Shown in pieces: positions 28,039 through 37,968 of a stretch of 64,000 bases of DNA. The notes below the pieces were generated by a model. It was not told the DNA's origin. It saw only the letters and a program-made list of their open reading frames with translations, and ran no database searches. The first letter of the stretch is position 1. The number at the start of each line of letters is the position of its first letter. Source of the DNA: Chloroflexota bacterium (GTDB taxonomy: Bacteria; Chloroflexota; UBA11872; VXOZ01). The stretch is from positions 160,001 through 224,000 of the forward strand of contig CAXXVD010000004.1 of assembly GCA_963662335.2 (NCBI GenBank). The letters run 5' to 3'. Both the position numbers and the translations under genes were made by a program.

Positions 28039-28713
28039 ATGTGTGGCAGATATAGCCTAAAAGCGGACATCGCGCAACTCGCCTTGCGATTTGAATTCGC
28101 CGCCGACGAAGTTACATACGAACCGGCCTACAACATCGCGCCCACACAACAGGTGCTCACAGTCACAAACGACGGTGAGCGCAGGGCCGAGCACATGCGC
28201 TGGGGACTCATCCCATCTTGGGCCAAGGACTTGAAAATCGGCTACCGCATGATTAACGCGCGAGGCGAGACCGTAGCGGAGAAGCCCAGCTTTCGCACCG
28301 CGCTGCGCAAACGCCGCTGCTTGATTCTTGCCGACGGTTTCTACGAATGGCAGAAGCTAGGCGGCAAACAGAAGCGACCAATGCGAATTACGCTCAAGTC
28401 GGACGAACCCTTCGCCTTTGCCGGCCTATGGGAGACCTGGAGCGACCCAGAGGGCGGTACAATAAAGTCTTGCGCTATCATCACCACGTCGGCGAATGAG
28501 ACCCTCAGACCCATTCACAATCGAATGCCCGTGATATTGCCCCCGGACATGGAGTCGTTCTGGCTGAATGAGAAGATTGATGACCCCATAGCGTTAAGCA
28601 GCGCACTGGCCCCATACCCCGATGATGACATAGAGGCATTCGAAGTCTCCCGACTGGTGAATAATGTCAGAAACAGAGGGCCTGAAGTGATGTCTCCTGT
28701 CTCAGTAGAGTAA
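28039..28713 (+). CDS. SOS response-associated peptidase (SRAP; YedK/HMCES abasic-site protein)
   Basis: MCGRY start, YNIAPTQ, WGLIP, INARGET, GFYEW, HNRMP. Confidence 0.95.
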   Translation: MCGRYSLKADIAQLALRFEFAADEVTYEPAYNIAPTQQVLTVTNDGERRAEHMRWGLIPSWAKDLKIGYRMINARGETVAEKPSFRTALRKRRCLILADGFYEWQKLGGKQKRPMRITLKSDEPFAFAGLWETWSDPEGGTIKSCAIITTSANETLRPIHNRMPVILPPDMESFWLNEKIDDPIALSSALAPYPDDDIEAFEVSRLVNNVRNRGPEVMSPVSVE

Positions 28714-28758
28714 GCATCTGTGCCATTGGTGTTTGCCCGAGTGTTCGAAAAACCCACC

Positions 28759-30483
28759 CTAACGGCTATAACCGGAGTCCGGCCGCTCCTGCTGGGCCGT
28801 CTGCGTCAGGAACTCCAGCACGAAGCTGAAGTCCTGGTAGGCCGTCAATTCGCCCAACTGGCGTTCCAGGGACCAGAGTTCCTCCAGTAGGATCTGCAGG
28901 TCGCGGTCTACCGGCGATTCGGCGTAGTCCAGATTGCTGTAGCGGTCGGCGGCCAGCGCGACGATTGCGCCAAAGCGCAGGTAGGCTTCGTCCAGCCCGC
29001 TTTCCATGGCCGCGCTCGTGCTCAGCAGCGTTGCGTGTTGACGGTTGGAGTCGCCGGTGGCGGGCGTGACCCAGCGGATTTCCACCTCGCCCAGGCGGGC
29101 GGTGTCGCGCCTACCCGCGTCGGTGAGTTGCAGTTCGAAGAAGACCGTGGTGGCGGCCCCCGCCGGTATCTCCGCAAACTCCTTCCGCGCCTCGGTGAAC
29201 GACTCATCGGAGGTAACGCGGTTCTCGTAGCCCACGATGCGCCACACTGAGACCATCGCCGGGTCCCACGTCACCTGGGCGCGGGTCTGGTCAGCAAAGG
29301 GTATCGAGAGCGCCAGCCAGTTTTCGCGGCTGAACGTTGCCCGCGCTTGCTCCACCGTGCTCAGGTAGCGGTACCAGCCGTTGCCGTGCTGCGCCAATTG
29401 CTCCAGCAGGTAGTCGTTGTAGTTCTCGATGCCCACGCCGATGGTGATGAGGCGCAGCGGATTGGTGTCGTCCCGGTCGTCCGCCGTCTCCAGAATCGAG
29501 AACGGGTCGGTGGCGTCCACGTTGGCCACGCCGTCCGACATGAGGATGATGTAGTTGTACGCGTCCGGCCGCTCCCAGCGGATGCGGTCGGCAAGCTGTA
29601 CGGCCAGGTCCAGACCGGCCTGCACGTTGGTGGAGCCGTGCGGCGAAAGCAGGTCGATGGAGCGCCGCACCGCCCGGTCGTCCGGCTCGCGGTGTGTGAC
29701 CGTGTAACTCTCGATGACGTGGGTGGTGAAGTGCACCACGCCTATGCGGTCCTGGGGACGCAGGCTGCGCCGGATGGCCTCGGCCGCCTCCCGCGCGATG
29801 GCCACCCGATTGCCCTCGCGCATCGAACCCGAGGCGTCCAGCACCAGGGTCACGTTGAGCGGCGTGTCGTCGTAGGCCAAATCGGCGGCCTGGAAAGCAA
29901 TGCGCGCCAGGTGCAGGCCGCTATCCAGCGGATGCCGGAAGATGTCCGTGGCGATGGCAAAGCTATCGTCCCGCAGCGGCAGCGCGTAGTCGTAGTTGAA
30001 GGCGTTGATCCACTCTTCCGCGCGCACGGAATCCGGTTCCACCCGGTAGTTGGAGCGCGCCCAGTTCAGCGCCAGATGGAAGGACGTGCGGTCGGTATCC
30101 AGGCTGAAGGTCGCCACCGCGTCGCGCGCCGTGTTGACGAACGTGGCGCGGGGATAGTCCTGGAACGTGGTGGCGCCCGCGGTCTGCGGCGGCGCTACCG
30201 CCGGTTGGCGGGAGGTCTGGGACGACTGCGCGCGGGATGCCGGCGCGGCTTCAGACTTGGCCGCGGGCGCGGGCGCGCGTTCGGCGGCGGGCGCTTCTTT
30301 GGCCTCAGCTTGCGGCGCTTGCTGCGACTCCGCCCTGGGGGCCGCCTCCTGTTTGGCTTCAGACCTCTGCGCCGGGGCGCGGCTCTGTTCCGCCGCCGGC
30401 GCCGGCGCCGCTGCCCCGCAAGCCGCAAGCAGTAGCGCCCCCACCAGCATCAGCAATATCGTCGCAAAGCGTCTCTTCATCAC
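28759..30483 (-). CDS. VWA-domain lipoprotein (YfbK-like)
   Basis: LLAAC lipobox, TFSLDTD..S, VRAEEWINAF, DASGSM MIDAS, STNVQAGL, SDG, GYENR. Confidence 0.88.
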   Translation of the reverse strand: MMKRRFATILLMLVGALLLAACGAAAPAPAAEQSRAPAQRSEAKQEAAPRAESQQAPQAEAKEAPAAERAPAPAAKSEAAPASRAQSSQTSRQPAVAPPQTAGATTFQDYPRATFVNTARDAVATFSLDTDRTSFHLALNWARSNYRVEPDSVRAEEWINAFNYDYALPLRDDSFAIATDIFRHPLDSGLHLARIAFQAADLAYDDTPLNVTLVLDASGSMREGNRVAIAREAAEAIRRSLRPQDRIGVVHFTTHVIESYTVTHREPDDRAVRRSIDLLSPHGSTNVQAGLDLAVQLADRIRWERPDAYNYIILMSDGVANVDATDPFSILETADDRDDTNPLRLITIGVGIENYNDYLLEQLAQHGNGWYRYLSTVEQARATFSRENWLALSIPFADQTRAQVTWDPAMVSVWRIVGYENRVTSDESFTEARKEFAEIPAGAATTVFFELQLTDAGRRDTARLGEVEIRWVTPATGDSNRQHATLLSTSAAMESGLDEAYLRFGAIVALAADRYSNLDYAESPVDRDLQILLEELWSLERQLGELTAYQDFSFVLEFLTQTAQQERPDSGYSR

Positions 30484-30672
30484 CGTTCCTCCTCGTTACG
30501 CGCTTTCCACGGCGGCAGGCCGCCGATCCGCTTATCGCAAGCCTCCCAAACCGCCGGCGGATACCCCCTATCCGCAGCCGGCGTGCGCGACTGTAGTACA
30601 CCGGCATTGCCGCCGCCAGATTGGATGTTGTTAAGACAATGGTAAATGATTGACGGGGATTTATCTAGCGGT

Positions 30673-31758
30673 TTAAGGAGCGTTGCGGTGGCTAGCCTCC
30701 GTTGCTCGTGATGCGTCGAAAGTTGCGCGGTCGCCGCCCAGCCAGCGGTAGGGACGCGGGTAGAGCGTGAGCGAGCGGTCTGCCAGCGGCAGCGAGAGGG
30801 GCACGGAGCCCCACAGGGCCGAGTATTTCGCGGCAATCGCGGCCTCCAGGCACTGGCGCAGGTCGTGGGCCGAAATGGCCATCTCGGTCCCGTTCTGCAC
30901 GGCTGAAATGAACGACAGAATAGAACTTGCCAGGTAGCCGTACTGCGGCCAGGCGAACGGGGTGAATGTCCGGTCGGACTTCACACGCGCGCCACTCTTA
31001 TCGAAGCCCTGGTAGATGTCCATCACCTCGCTCCAGTCCCAGCGCAGGAGCGCGTCCGCCGTCCAGACGTCCACGCCGCGAGCGGGAGTTGGCTCCCCAA
31101 ATACCGGAACCGTTATGCCGGTGCTCAGGGTGAAGCGGCCGTTGATGATCAGCCCGGTGTCCTCATCGGATTCCAGCGCCTCTCGCGACTTGCCCCACGC
31201 TACGACCTCAGTGATCTCGGCCTGCGTGAGCAGCCTGAGCACGGCGATGTGCTGGCAGCCGCCGCCGGAAATCTCGCCGCCCCAGGCGTGCACCGCCGCG
31301 CCCCACACCGCGCCAAAGTCGCCGCGCCGCAGCCAGCCCGCGGCCTCCTGCACGTCCGCGCGCGCGCACTGCAAGTTGCCGCCGTGGAAGACGACGCCCC
31401 GCTCCGCGCACACGTCGATCATCGCGTCCGCGTCGCTGAGCCGCGCGCCGATGGGCTTCTCGGTGGAAACGCCGCGCACACCGGCCTCCGCCGAGGCAAT
31501 CACCGCGTCCTTGATGAACGCGCCGGGCAGCACGGTAACGGCAAGATCAGGAACCTCCCCCATCCGCTGGTACAGCGCCTCGGCGTCCTTGTACAACCTC
31601 TTGACGCCGAACCGCTCGCCAACGGCCTTACGCCGGTCGTCGTTGTACTCGGCAATGGCGACGATCTCAGTATCGTCGAGCAAACTATAGAACTTCGCGT
31701 ACTCCTGGCCCATCCGGCCGCAGCCAATGAGCGCCACCCTAAGTTTTGCTTCGGCCAT
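30673..31758 (-). CDS. Gfo/Idh/MocA family oxidoreductase
   Basis: VALIGCGRMG, TEKPI, DADAMI; start at MAEAKL. Confidence 0.88.
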   Translation of the reverse strand: MAEAKLRVALIGCGRMGQEYAKFYSLLDDTEIVAIAEYNDDRRKAVGERFGVKRLYKDAEALYQRMGEVPDLAVTVLPGAFIKDAVIASAEAGVRGVSTEKPIGARLSDADAMIDVCAERGVVFHGGNLQCARADVQEAAGWLRRGDFGAVWGAAVHAWGGEISGGGCQHIAVLRLLTQAEITEVVAWGKSREALESDEDTGLIINGRFTLSTGITVPVFGEPTPARGVDVWTADALLRWDWSEVMDIYQGFDKSGARVKSDRTFTPFAWPQYGYLASSILSFISAVQNGTEMAISAHDLRQCLEAAIAAKYSALWGSVPLSLPLADRSLTLYPRPYRWLGGDRATFDASRATEASHRNAP

Positions 31759-32215
31759 TTCGCCTCTCTTTCGCGTGCGACGGTCTCCGCTAGGCAAAGA
31801 GCGGCCCGCATTTGCGCTCCGCCGGCTTGCGCCAGTCCTAGCTATGCGGCAGCGGGAAATTGACGTGCGGCTGCCCACGCCGCCCTTGGCTCCTAGTGTC
31901 CATGCATTGCGCCCATGTGTCGAATCTCGTTGCGGCCGCCACTCAGATCGCCTTCAACCACGGGCGCGGGGGCCGGTAAACGCGCCTGCGGCGCGCAATG
32001 CTTGGCAGGCGATTGTGCCGGACGCCGGCAGTGACGGCACAAACTCGCCAATGATGATCGCAACGCAGTCGTGATACAATCCGGTAGGCAAAGGCAATGC
32101 CCGCGACCTTGGCCGGCAGCGCCGTACGCGAATTTGAACCATGGGATTAGAACGACGGTAAGGTGTGCGGAAAGCCGCGAGCCGAGGCAGGGCGGCGCGG
32201 AAGGAAGAAGGCTAC

Positions 32216-33253
32216 ATGCTGCTTCGCAAGCTATCCAGCGGTTTGAAGGCCGCGTACCGGGGCACGGACGTCAACAGCCGCGTGAGTCGCTTCGATAGCT
32301 GGATGGACCGGGCGCGGGACGCGGACGGCGGCGCGGCGGGCTACGATCACGCCGCCACCGTCAAGGAATACTACGACCTGTGCGGCGAGTTCATGGTGCT
32401 CGGCTGGGGTGAATCCCTCCATTTCGCGCCGCTATCGCCCCAGGAGACTTTGGAAGAGTCCAAACTCCGGCACCAGCGGCTGATGATTTCCAAGCTGGAA
32501 TTGCGCGAGGGCATGAGTGTGATCGACGTCGGCTGCGGCATCGGCGGCCCGCTGCGCCGTGTTGTGCGGGAGGCGGGTGTCAAGGTCCTCGGCGTCAACA
32601 CCAATGAAATCCAGTTGGCAAAGTCGAAGTCGCTGGACGCCGAGGCGGGACTCGACCACATGATCGACTACCTGGCGTGCAGCTTCATGGACATGGACGG
32701 CATCGCCGACGAGACGTTCGACCGCGCATACGCGATCGAATCGACGTGCCACGCGCCGGACAAGGCGGGCGCGTTTGCCGAAATCTACCGCGTGCTAAAA
32801 CCCGGGGCGCTCTTCTGGGGCCAGGAAATGTGCATGACGGACACGTTCGATCCTGCCGACGAGCGGCACCGGGCCATCAAGAGAGAACTGCTGCACGGCA
32901 TCGCGCTCAAAGAGGCCGCGACGTTCGGCGAGGTAGTCCGCGCCCTGGAAACGGCGGGGTTTGAGGTCATCGAGGGGATCGACCGAGGCATTGCGGAGAA
33001 CGGCGCGGCCACGCCGTGGTATCAGCCCATGGTAACCCGGCACGGCACGCTGGGCAGCGCCCTCATCAGAATCCCGCTGGGCCGCCAGGCCATCTTCGGC
33101 GCATCCCGGCTAGCCGAGACGCTGGGCGTCTTCCCCAAAGGCTCCGCCCGCGTCGTCAGGCTGCTGGACCGCACCGCCAACGCCTACGTCGCCGGCGGCC
33201 AGACCGGCATCTTTACGCCGCTGTACTGCTTCCTGGCGCGCAAACCGCTCTAA
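32216..33253 (+). CDS. Sterol 24-C-methyltransferase-like SAM-dependent methyltransferase (ERG6/SMT family)
   Basis: YYDL...GWGESLHFAP, IDVGCGIGGPLR, YAIESTCHAP, EIYRVLKPG, PWYQP, GGQTGIFTPLY. Confidence 0.88.
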   Translation: MLLRKLSSGLKAAYRGTDVNSRVSRFDSWMDRARDADGGAAGYDHAATVKEYYDLCGEFMVLGWGESLHFAPLSPQETLEESKLRHQRLMISKLELREGMSVIDVGCGIGGPLRRVVREAGVKVLGVNTNEIQLAKSKSLDAEAGLDHMIDYLACSFMDMDGIADETFDRAYAIESTCHAPDKAGAFAEIYRVLKPGALFWGQEMCMTDTFDPADERHRAIKRELLHGIALKEAATFGEVVRALETAGFEVIEGIDRGIAENGAATPWYQPMVTRHGTLGSALIRIPLGRQAIFGASRLAETLGVFPKGSARVVRLLDRTANAYVAGGQTGIFTPLYCFLARKPL

Positions 33254-33390
33254 GGACTCTCATTCCGAGCTTCTTGGGCCGGTACGATGGCCCATCAGAT
33301 GCTCAAGCTGGGTCTTTGCCCAGCAAGGTTGCAATACCCATCGCGGGTCCGACTGTGGAACTTAGCAATCTCTTGTCTCACTCGGCCGCG

Positions 33391-33640
33391 TCAGGTTCTT
33401 AATTCTCTCGGCATCTCGTTTGCCACTCTGTCTCCAAGCAATCTCAAGTTCAGTGCGCACGGGCAATCGGGCACATTCCACTCCCGAACGAACGGCGGGC
33501 GCACTACTGCCCGCTGCCGATCCGCCAGATCACTGATGTATCTCCGCTCCCTGTGCAAAAATGGTATCCTTCTGCCAGGGAGGTGGGTTTGGCAGGTACC
33601 TCTCATCCTACCACGCAGGTTCTCTCAATAGGCTCTGCAG
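33391..33640 (-). pseudogene. Possible degenerate IS5-family transposase N-terminal fragment
   Basis: ERRYISDLADRQRAVVRP resembles the RYPSDLTDxxWxxxxP start of IS5 transposases; no intact ORF. Confidence 0.35.
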
Positions 33641-33673
33641 CAGAATCTCACATTGGCTCATTGCGGAGGGACT

Positions 33674-35053
33674 ATGTCAACGGACAACGGGAAACCAGAC
33701 GGGCAGGGGCAATTGCAGGAAAACGCAATTATCGCCCTTCACAACGTATTCCCTGATTTGGAACATCTGGAGAACGTGCTTGCGGCGGATAAGGCGGCAC
33801 TACTGAAAAGCCTCGACGACTTCGAGGCACATGAGACTCTGGAAAGACTTGAGAAACTTGCCGCAGAGCAACGCACAGAGTTTGATGCGCTTGATTTTGT
33901 TGGTCAATTGAGGTTTGGAAGAGGCCGCGACCTCTGGGGCTCGGAGGAGTTCCACTCTGACGTGCTCGCCTGGCTGCTGGACCCAAAGCAAAACCACGGC
34001 CACGGCGACCAGTTCCTAAAGAAATTCCTAAACCGCGCCGGCGTGCGGCTGGCCGGACACTCTCTCGATTGGTCGCAGACAGAAGTGATCCGGGAATGGG
34101 AAAACGTAGTCGCGGGGCAAAAGGGATACTTGGACATTCTGATCGTCAATGAGGCTCATCAGGTTCTGTGTGCCATTGAGAACAAAGTGTTCTCCGCTGA
34201 ACACAGCGAGCAACTGACCCGTTATCGGTTAGCGTTGGACACCGCCTACTCGACGTTCGCCCGATATCACGTGTTCTTGACACCGCGGGGCGACCTGGCT
34301 TACAAAGATGAAGAGAAGGCGTACTGGACACCTCTCACGTACTCCACGGTTTTCGACATCGTCCAAGAGATACTCGAGAGTACCGAAAATTCAACGAACG
34401 AGGACATCCGTGCATTCTTGCGCCAATACGCAACAGCACTGAGGAGAAATATCATGCCCGACACCAGCATTCCACAACTGGCCCGGAGAATCTATCTGGA
34501 GCACCGGGAGGCGATAGACCAAATTGTCGCCCATAAGCCTAAGTACGTGGATGAGACCAAGCAGTGGCTCAAGGAAGCCATCGCACAACAACGCGAGTGG
34601 AAATTAGACAAAGAGGATCCAAATTACGTTCGTTTCCAGTCAACCGAGTGGGACCAGTTCGAAGCAACTCAGACAGGAACCGGGTTTGCCCCGTCAAATG
34701 CCTTGTTTCTTTTCCAGTTTTCGATCTACTCCGACCGCCCTTGGTTTGGTCTTGCGCTCTCTCCTGAGAACGAGGATAACAATCGCCTGAGACAAAGGCT
34801 GTTCGAAGCAGTGCGACAACATCCCCGCCTTTTCAAGCCCAAACCCGCCACGCTGCCTCAGGGTTGGGCGCATTTGCATCAGGAAGCCGAATCTATCCTG
34901 GATGAGGCCGATTGCGGGGTTGGTTGGGATGACGGCAGCACACGCGCCAAGCTTGAAGCGTGGATAGCGTGCTTCGCCGCAAATGAATTCCCCGCAATGA
35001 ACGAGGTCATAGTCAACTGTCTACGCGAATACGAAGCTGAAGAGCAAAGCTAG
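33674..35053 (+). CDS. PD-(D/E)XK nuclease family protein
   Basis: EEFHSDVLAWLLDP...HG.GD.FL, YLDILI, IENKV, EQLTRY, VFLTP; GGAGG RBS. Confidence 0.88.
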   Translation: MSTDNGKPDGQGQLQENAIIALHNVFPDLEHLENVLAADKAALLKSLDDFEAHETLERLEKLAAEQRTEFDALDFVGQLRFGRGRDLWGSEEFHSDVLAWLLDPKQNHGHGDQFLKKFLNRAGVRLAGHSLDWSQTEVIREWENVVAGQKGYLDILIVNEAHQVLCAIENKVFSAEHSEQLTRYRLALDTAYSTFARYHVFLTPRGDLAYKDEEKAYWTPLTYSTVFDIVQEILESTENSTNEDIRAFLRQYATALRRNIMPDTSIPQLARRIYLEHREAIDQIVAHKPKYVDETKQWLKEAIAQQREWKLDKEDPNYVRFQSTEWDQFEATQTGTGFAPSNALFLFQFSIYSDRPWFGLALSPENEDNNRLRQRLFEAVRQHPRLFKPKPATLPQGWAHLHQEAESILDEADCGVGWDDGSTRAKLEAWIACFAANEFPAMNEVIVNCLREYEAEEQS

Positions 35054-35210
35054 TGGATGGTGACTCCACAATACAACGGACCAATCCAACCCAGCGACGC
35101 AGCCCTGGATTTCACCTCAATTGGCCCCCACTCCGTTCCAGCTTCATCGAATCCAACTAAATCCGGGCGACTTCGATCAATACGTCACCATGCGGCTATT
35201 GTCCCGCTAA

Positions 35211-35894
35211 CTAGAACTCAATAACAATCTCTTCTTGCACCAGGTTTCCGTCTGAATCGACGACGCGCGGTTGGGGCTCTACTCTAGGCTTCGGTATGTA
35301 CCCCGCCTCGATTGCTACGGAAAACTCGCCCTGCCCCGCTAGCGCATACGCCAGCATTCGCGTTTCTAATTCGCGTTTAGCACGCTCCTCGTCACTCTCA
35401 TCTTCCGGCTCAGGATGTAAGCCAATCGCGATCAAGAGCCTGTCATCGCGGCAAAAGTCATCTCCGCTAACGCTAAAGTAATGGTTAGTGGCGATGGCGC
35501 GCGCTTGATGTACACGGCGTATCTCCGGCTTATACACAACATAGCCTTCCCCAACTATCAGATTGCCGTTGGCATCGTACCTTTCCCCAATGAACGGGCC
35601 TGGATCAGAGAAACGAAGATATACAGCAAATATCTCCTCATCTGACCGGGTGTCATCCTTCCGCCGACGCCGGAAATCGGCCACTACCTCTTCTTTGAAC
35701 TGGGGGTCATCCATGCGCTCGAGCCAACGCTGGTATCCGGCCTCAACCTCCATGTCTGATAGTTTGGGGTCATAGATGGATTCGTCCTGGCGGTCTTCGG
35801 CCATCACCTTCCTCCTTGTTTTTGCGATGTCTGCCAGTGCGACCATCTCCTCATCATCAATTTCCTCAGTAGTGAGGCACATGTTGGCTTCCAA
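35211..35894 (-). CDS. Hypothetical acidic protein
   Basis: 227-aa ORF, atypical codon usage; start may be ATG 35882. Confidence 0.55.
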   Translation of the reverse strand: MEANMCLTTEEIDDEEMVALADIAKTRRKVMAEDRQDESIYDPKLSDMEVEAGYQRWLERMDDPQFKEEVVADFRRRRKDDTRSDEEIFAVYLRFSDPGPFIGERYDANGNLIVGEGYVVYKPEIRRVHQARAIATNHYFSVSGDDFCRDDRLLIAIGLHPEPEDESDEERAKRELETRMLAYALAGQGEFSVAIEAGYIPKPRVEPQPRVVDSDGNLVQEEIVIEF

Positions 35895-35902
35895 ACGCGA
35901 TA

Positions 35903-36280
35903 CTAGAGAGACGGGCTTCGGCGGGCCGGATTCACCGGATAGTCCTCCGGCTTGCCCGTGTCGCCGGGTTGGATGACGAAGTCGCGGCGGTCGCGGTAGA
36001 GGCGCGCGCGGTTTATGACGTAGTTCACGCCGGGTTGCAGTTCATCGTAGTGGGTCATCAGCCAGTACTTGTGGTCGCCGATGAAGAGGTAGGTGTTGTT
36101 CATGCGAAAGAAGCGGCCGGCCACGCCCTCGCCGGCGCGGAAGCGCTCGCGCACCGCAGCCAGCAATTCCTGCTGGCCGTCGCTCTCGGACATCACGTAC
36201 TCGTGGGGCCACGTATCGCGGTACATAACCGCCTCCCGCCAGGGCGCGCGGGCGATCAATTCCGTCAGTTTCAATAGCAT
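35903..36280 (-). CDS. Hypothetical protein
   Basis: 125-aa ORF with AGAGG RBS; W...WPHEYV...YL...YW.M...INRA pattern. Confidence 0.7.
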   Translation of the reverse strand: MLLKLTELIARAPWREAVMYRDTWPHEYVMSESDGQQELLAAVRERFRAGEGVAGRFFRMNNTYLFIGDHKYWLMTHYDELQPGVNYVINRARLYRDRRDFVIQPGDTGKPEDYPVNPARRSPSL

Positions 36281-36603
36281 TCCTCTCTATCTCCCATACT
36301 TTGGCTGGCAACGCCGCGCACGTGCAACGCAGTCCGTTCGCTGGGAATCACCGGCGCAAGCGCAAAGCCTTAGAACGCTGCGCGCTGGACCCCGTTCGCC
36401 CAGGCAGGGCGGCGCTACGCTGAGGCAGACCGTGAGCGGCCGCCAGTGCGCCGGCGCGTGCAACGATAAAACCGATGCGCTTCGCACCGAAGCGCATCAG
36501 CGAAAAATGACCGCAGGGCATTCCCCCAACGGCCACAACGCAAAACACCCAAGAACGCCGCAAACCGGAACCACGGCGTGCAGGTCTTGGGCTTCTCTTA
36601 GTT

Positions 36604-36679
36604 TGGTGGACCCGATCGGGGTCGAACCGACGACCTCGTGAATGCCATTCACGCGCTCTCCCAACTGAGCTACGGGCCC
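36604..36679 (-). tRNA. tRNA-Ala(GGC)
   Basis: GGGCCCGTAGCTCAGTTGGGAGAGCGCGTGAATGGCATTCACGAGGTCGTCGGTTCGACCCCGATCGGGTCCACCA; G3-U70 pair, encoded CCA. Confidence 0.96.
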
Positions 36680-36768
36680 GCATTCGATTATAATTGTAGC
36701 ATTGAAGCGGGTGTCACGTAAATGCGCCGCGCGCACATTGGCGGGCGCGTTGCATAAGGAGCTCTAAA

Positions 36769-37821
36769 ATGGCTACCTACCGTGTTGGTATCGTTGGCTG
36801 CACCGGCATCGCCAGCGCCCCGGCGCGCGCGTTGTCTCATCCCGTCTTTGGCGCGGCCGCGCCGCACTCGCACGCGGCGGGCTATGCGTGCGTGCCCGCC
36901 ACCGAAGTGGTGGCGGTGTGCGACCTCATCCCGGAGCGCACGCAAGATGCCGCCGCAACCTGGCAAGACCGCTGGCCGGGCATCAGCCAGTACCAGGACT
37001 ACCGCGAGATGCTGGCCAACGAGCGCCTGGACATCGTGAGCGTGGTGACCTCAGACCACCGCCACGCCGACATCACGGTGGACGCGGCGGAGGCCAGCGC
37101 GCGCGCGATCTTCTGCGAAAAGCCGCTCGCCACCACGCTCGCCGACGCCGACCGCATGATCGCCGCCATCGAGAAGCACAAGGTCTTCCTCTCCGTCGAT
37201 CACAGCCGCCGCTGGCAACCCCAGTGGCACGAGGCGCGCGCGGCGATTCGCAACGGCGCGATCGGCCCGGTGCGCACGGTCATCGGCAAACTCGGCGGCG
37301 CGCGCGCCATGCTCTTCCGCAACGGCACGCACCTGATGGACGCGGTCTGCTTCTTTGCCGACGGCGAGCCTGAGTGGCTCTCGGCGCGCTACGACGACAA
37401 TTTTGCCGACTACGGCCCGCGCTACGCCGGCGACGGCGGGCACGATCCCGCAACCGACCCCGGCGTCTGCACGTTCATGTTGTTCGACAACGGTGTGCGC
37501 GGCTTCTACATCGGCTCGCAGAACGCCGCCACCGGTTTCGAGGTAGAGGTTACGGGAGAAACCGGCCGCATTCGCCTGGGCAATTCCATTGGCGCCGAGA
37601 TCGAGACCGCCGAGGGCGTACAGGCGCTGGCGCCGGAGACGGGAACGGTCTCCGGCAGCGCCGCCGCCATCGAGGAACTCATCGCGCTGGTAGAAGGACG
37701 GGGTACCACACCGCAGATTTCCGGGCCGTACGACGGCCGCCGGGTGGTGGAAGCGCTCATCGCCACCGCGCAGTCCGCCGCCCACGGGGGCGCGCCGGTC
37801 ACGTTCCCCGTAAGCGAGTAG
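36769..37821 (+). CDS. Gfo/Idh/MocA family oxidoreductase
   Basis: VGIVGCTG, LDIVSVVT, CEKPLA, NGTHLMD. Confidence 0.9.
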   Translation: MATYRVGIVGCTGIASAPARALSHPVFGAAAPHSHAAGYACVPATEVVAVCDLIPERTQDAAATWQDRWPGISQYQDYREMLANERLDIVSVVTSDHRHADITVDAAEASARAIFCEKPLATTLADADRMIAAIEKHKVFLSVDHSRRWQPQWHEARAAIRNGAIGPVRTVIGKLGGARAMLFRNGTHLMDAVCFFADGEPEWLSARYDDNFADYGPRYAGDGGHDPATDPGVCTFMLFDNGVRGFYIGSQNAATGFEVEVTGETGRIRLGNSIGAEIETAEGVQALAPETGTVSGSAAAIEELIALVEGRGTTPQISGPYDGRRVVEALIATAQSAAHGGAPVTFPVSE

Positions 37822-37968
37822 CGGCGCCAATCCCTTGAGCGAACCCAACGAGCGCCGGCGGCAGGGCGTGGCTTTTGACCTCGCCGATGCGCCGCCGTAC
37901 AATGCAGAACGAGTATCCACCCTTTGGCAATTGCAGCCGCGTCTCCAGCGGCATCAGAAAGGAACGCC

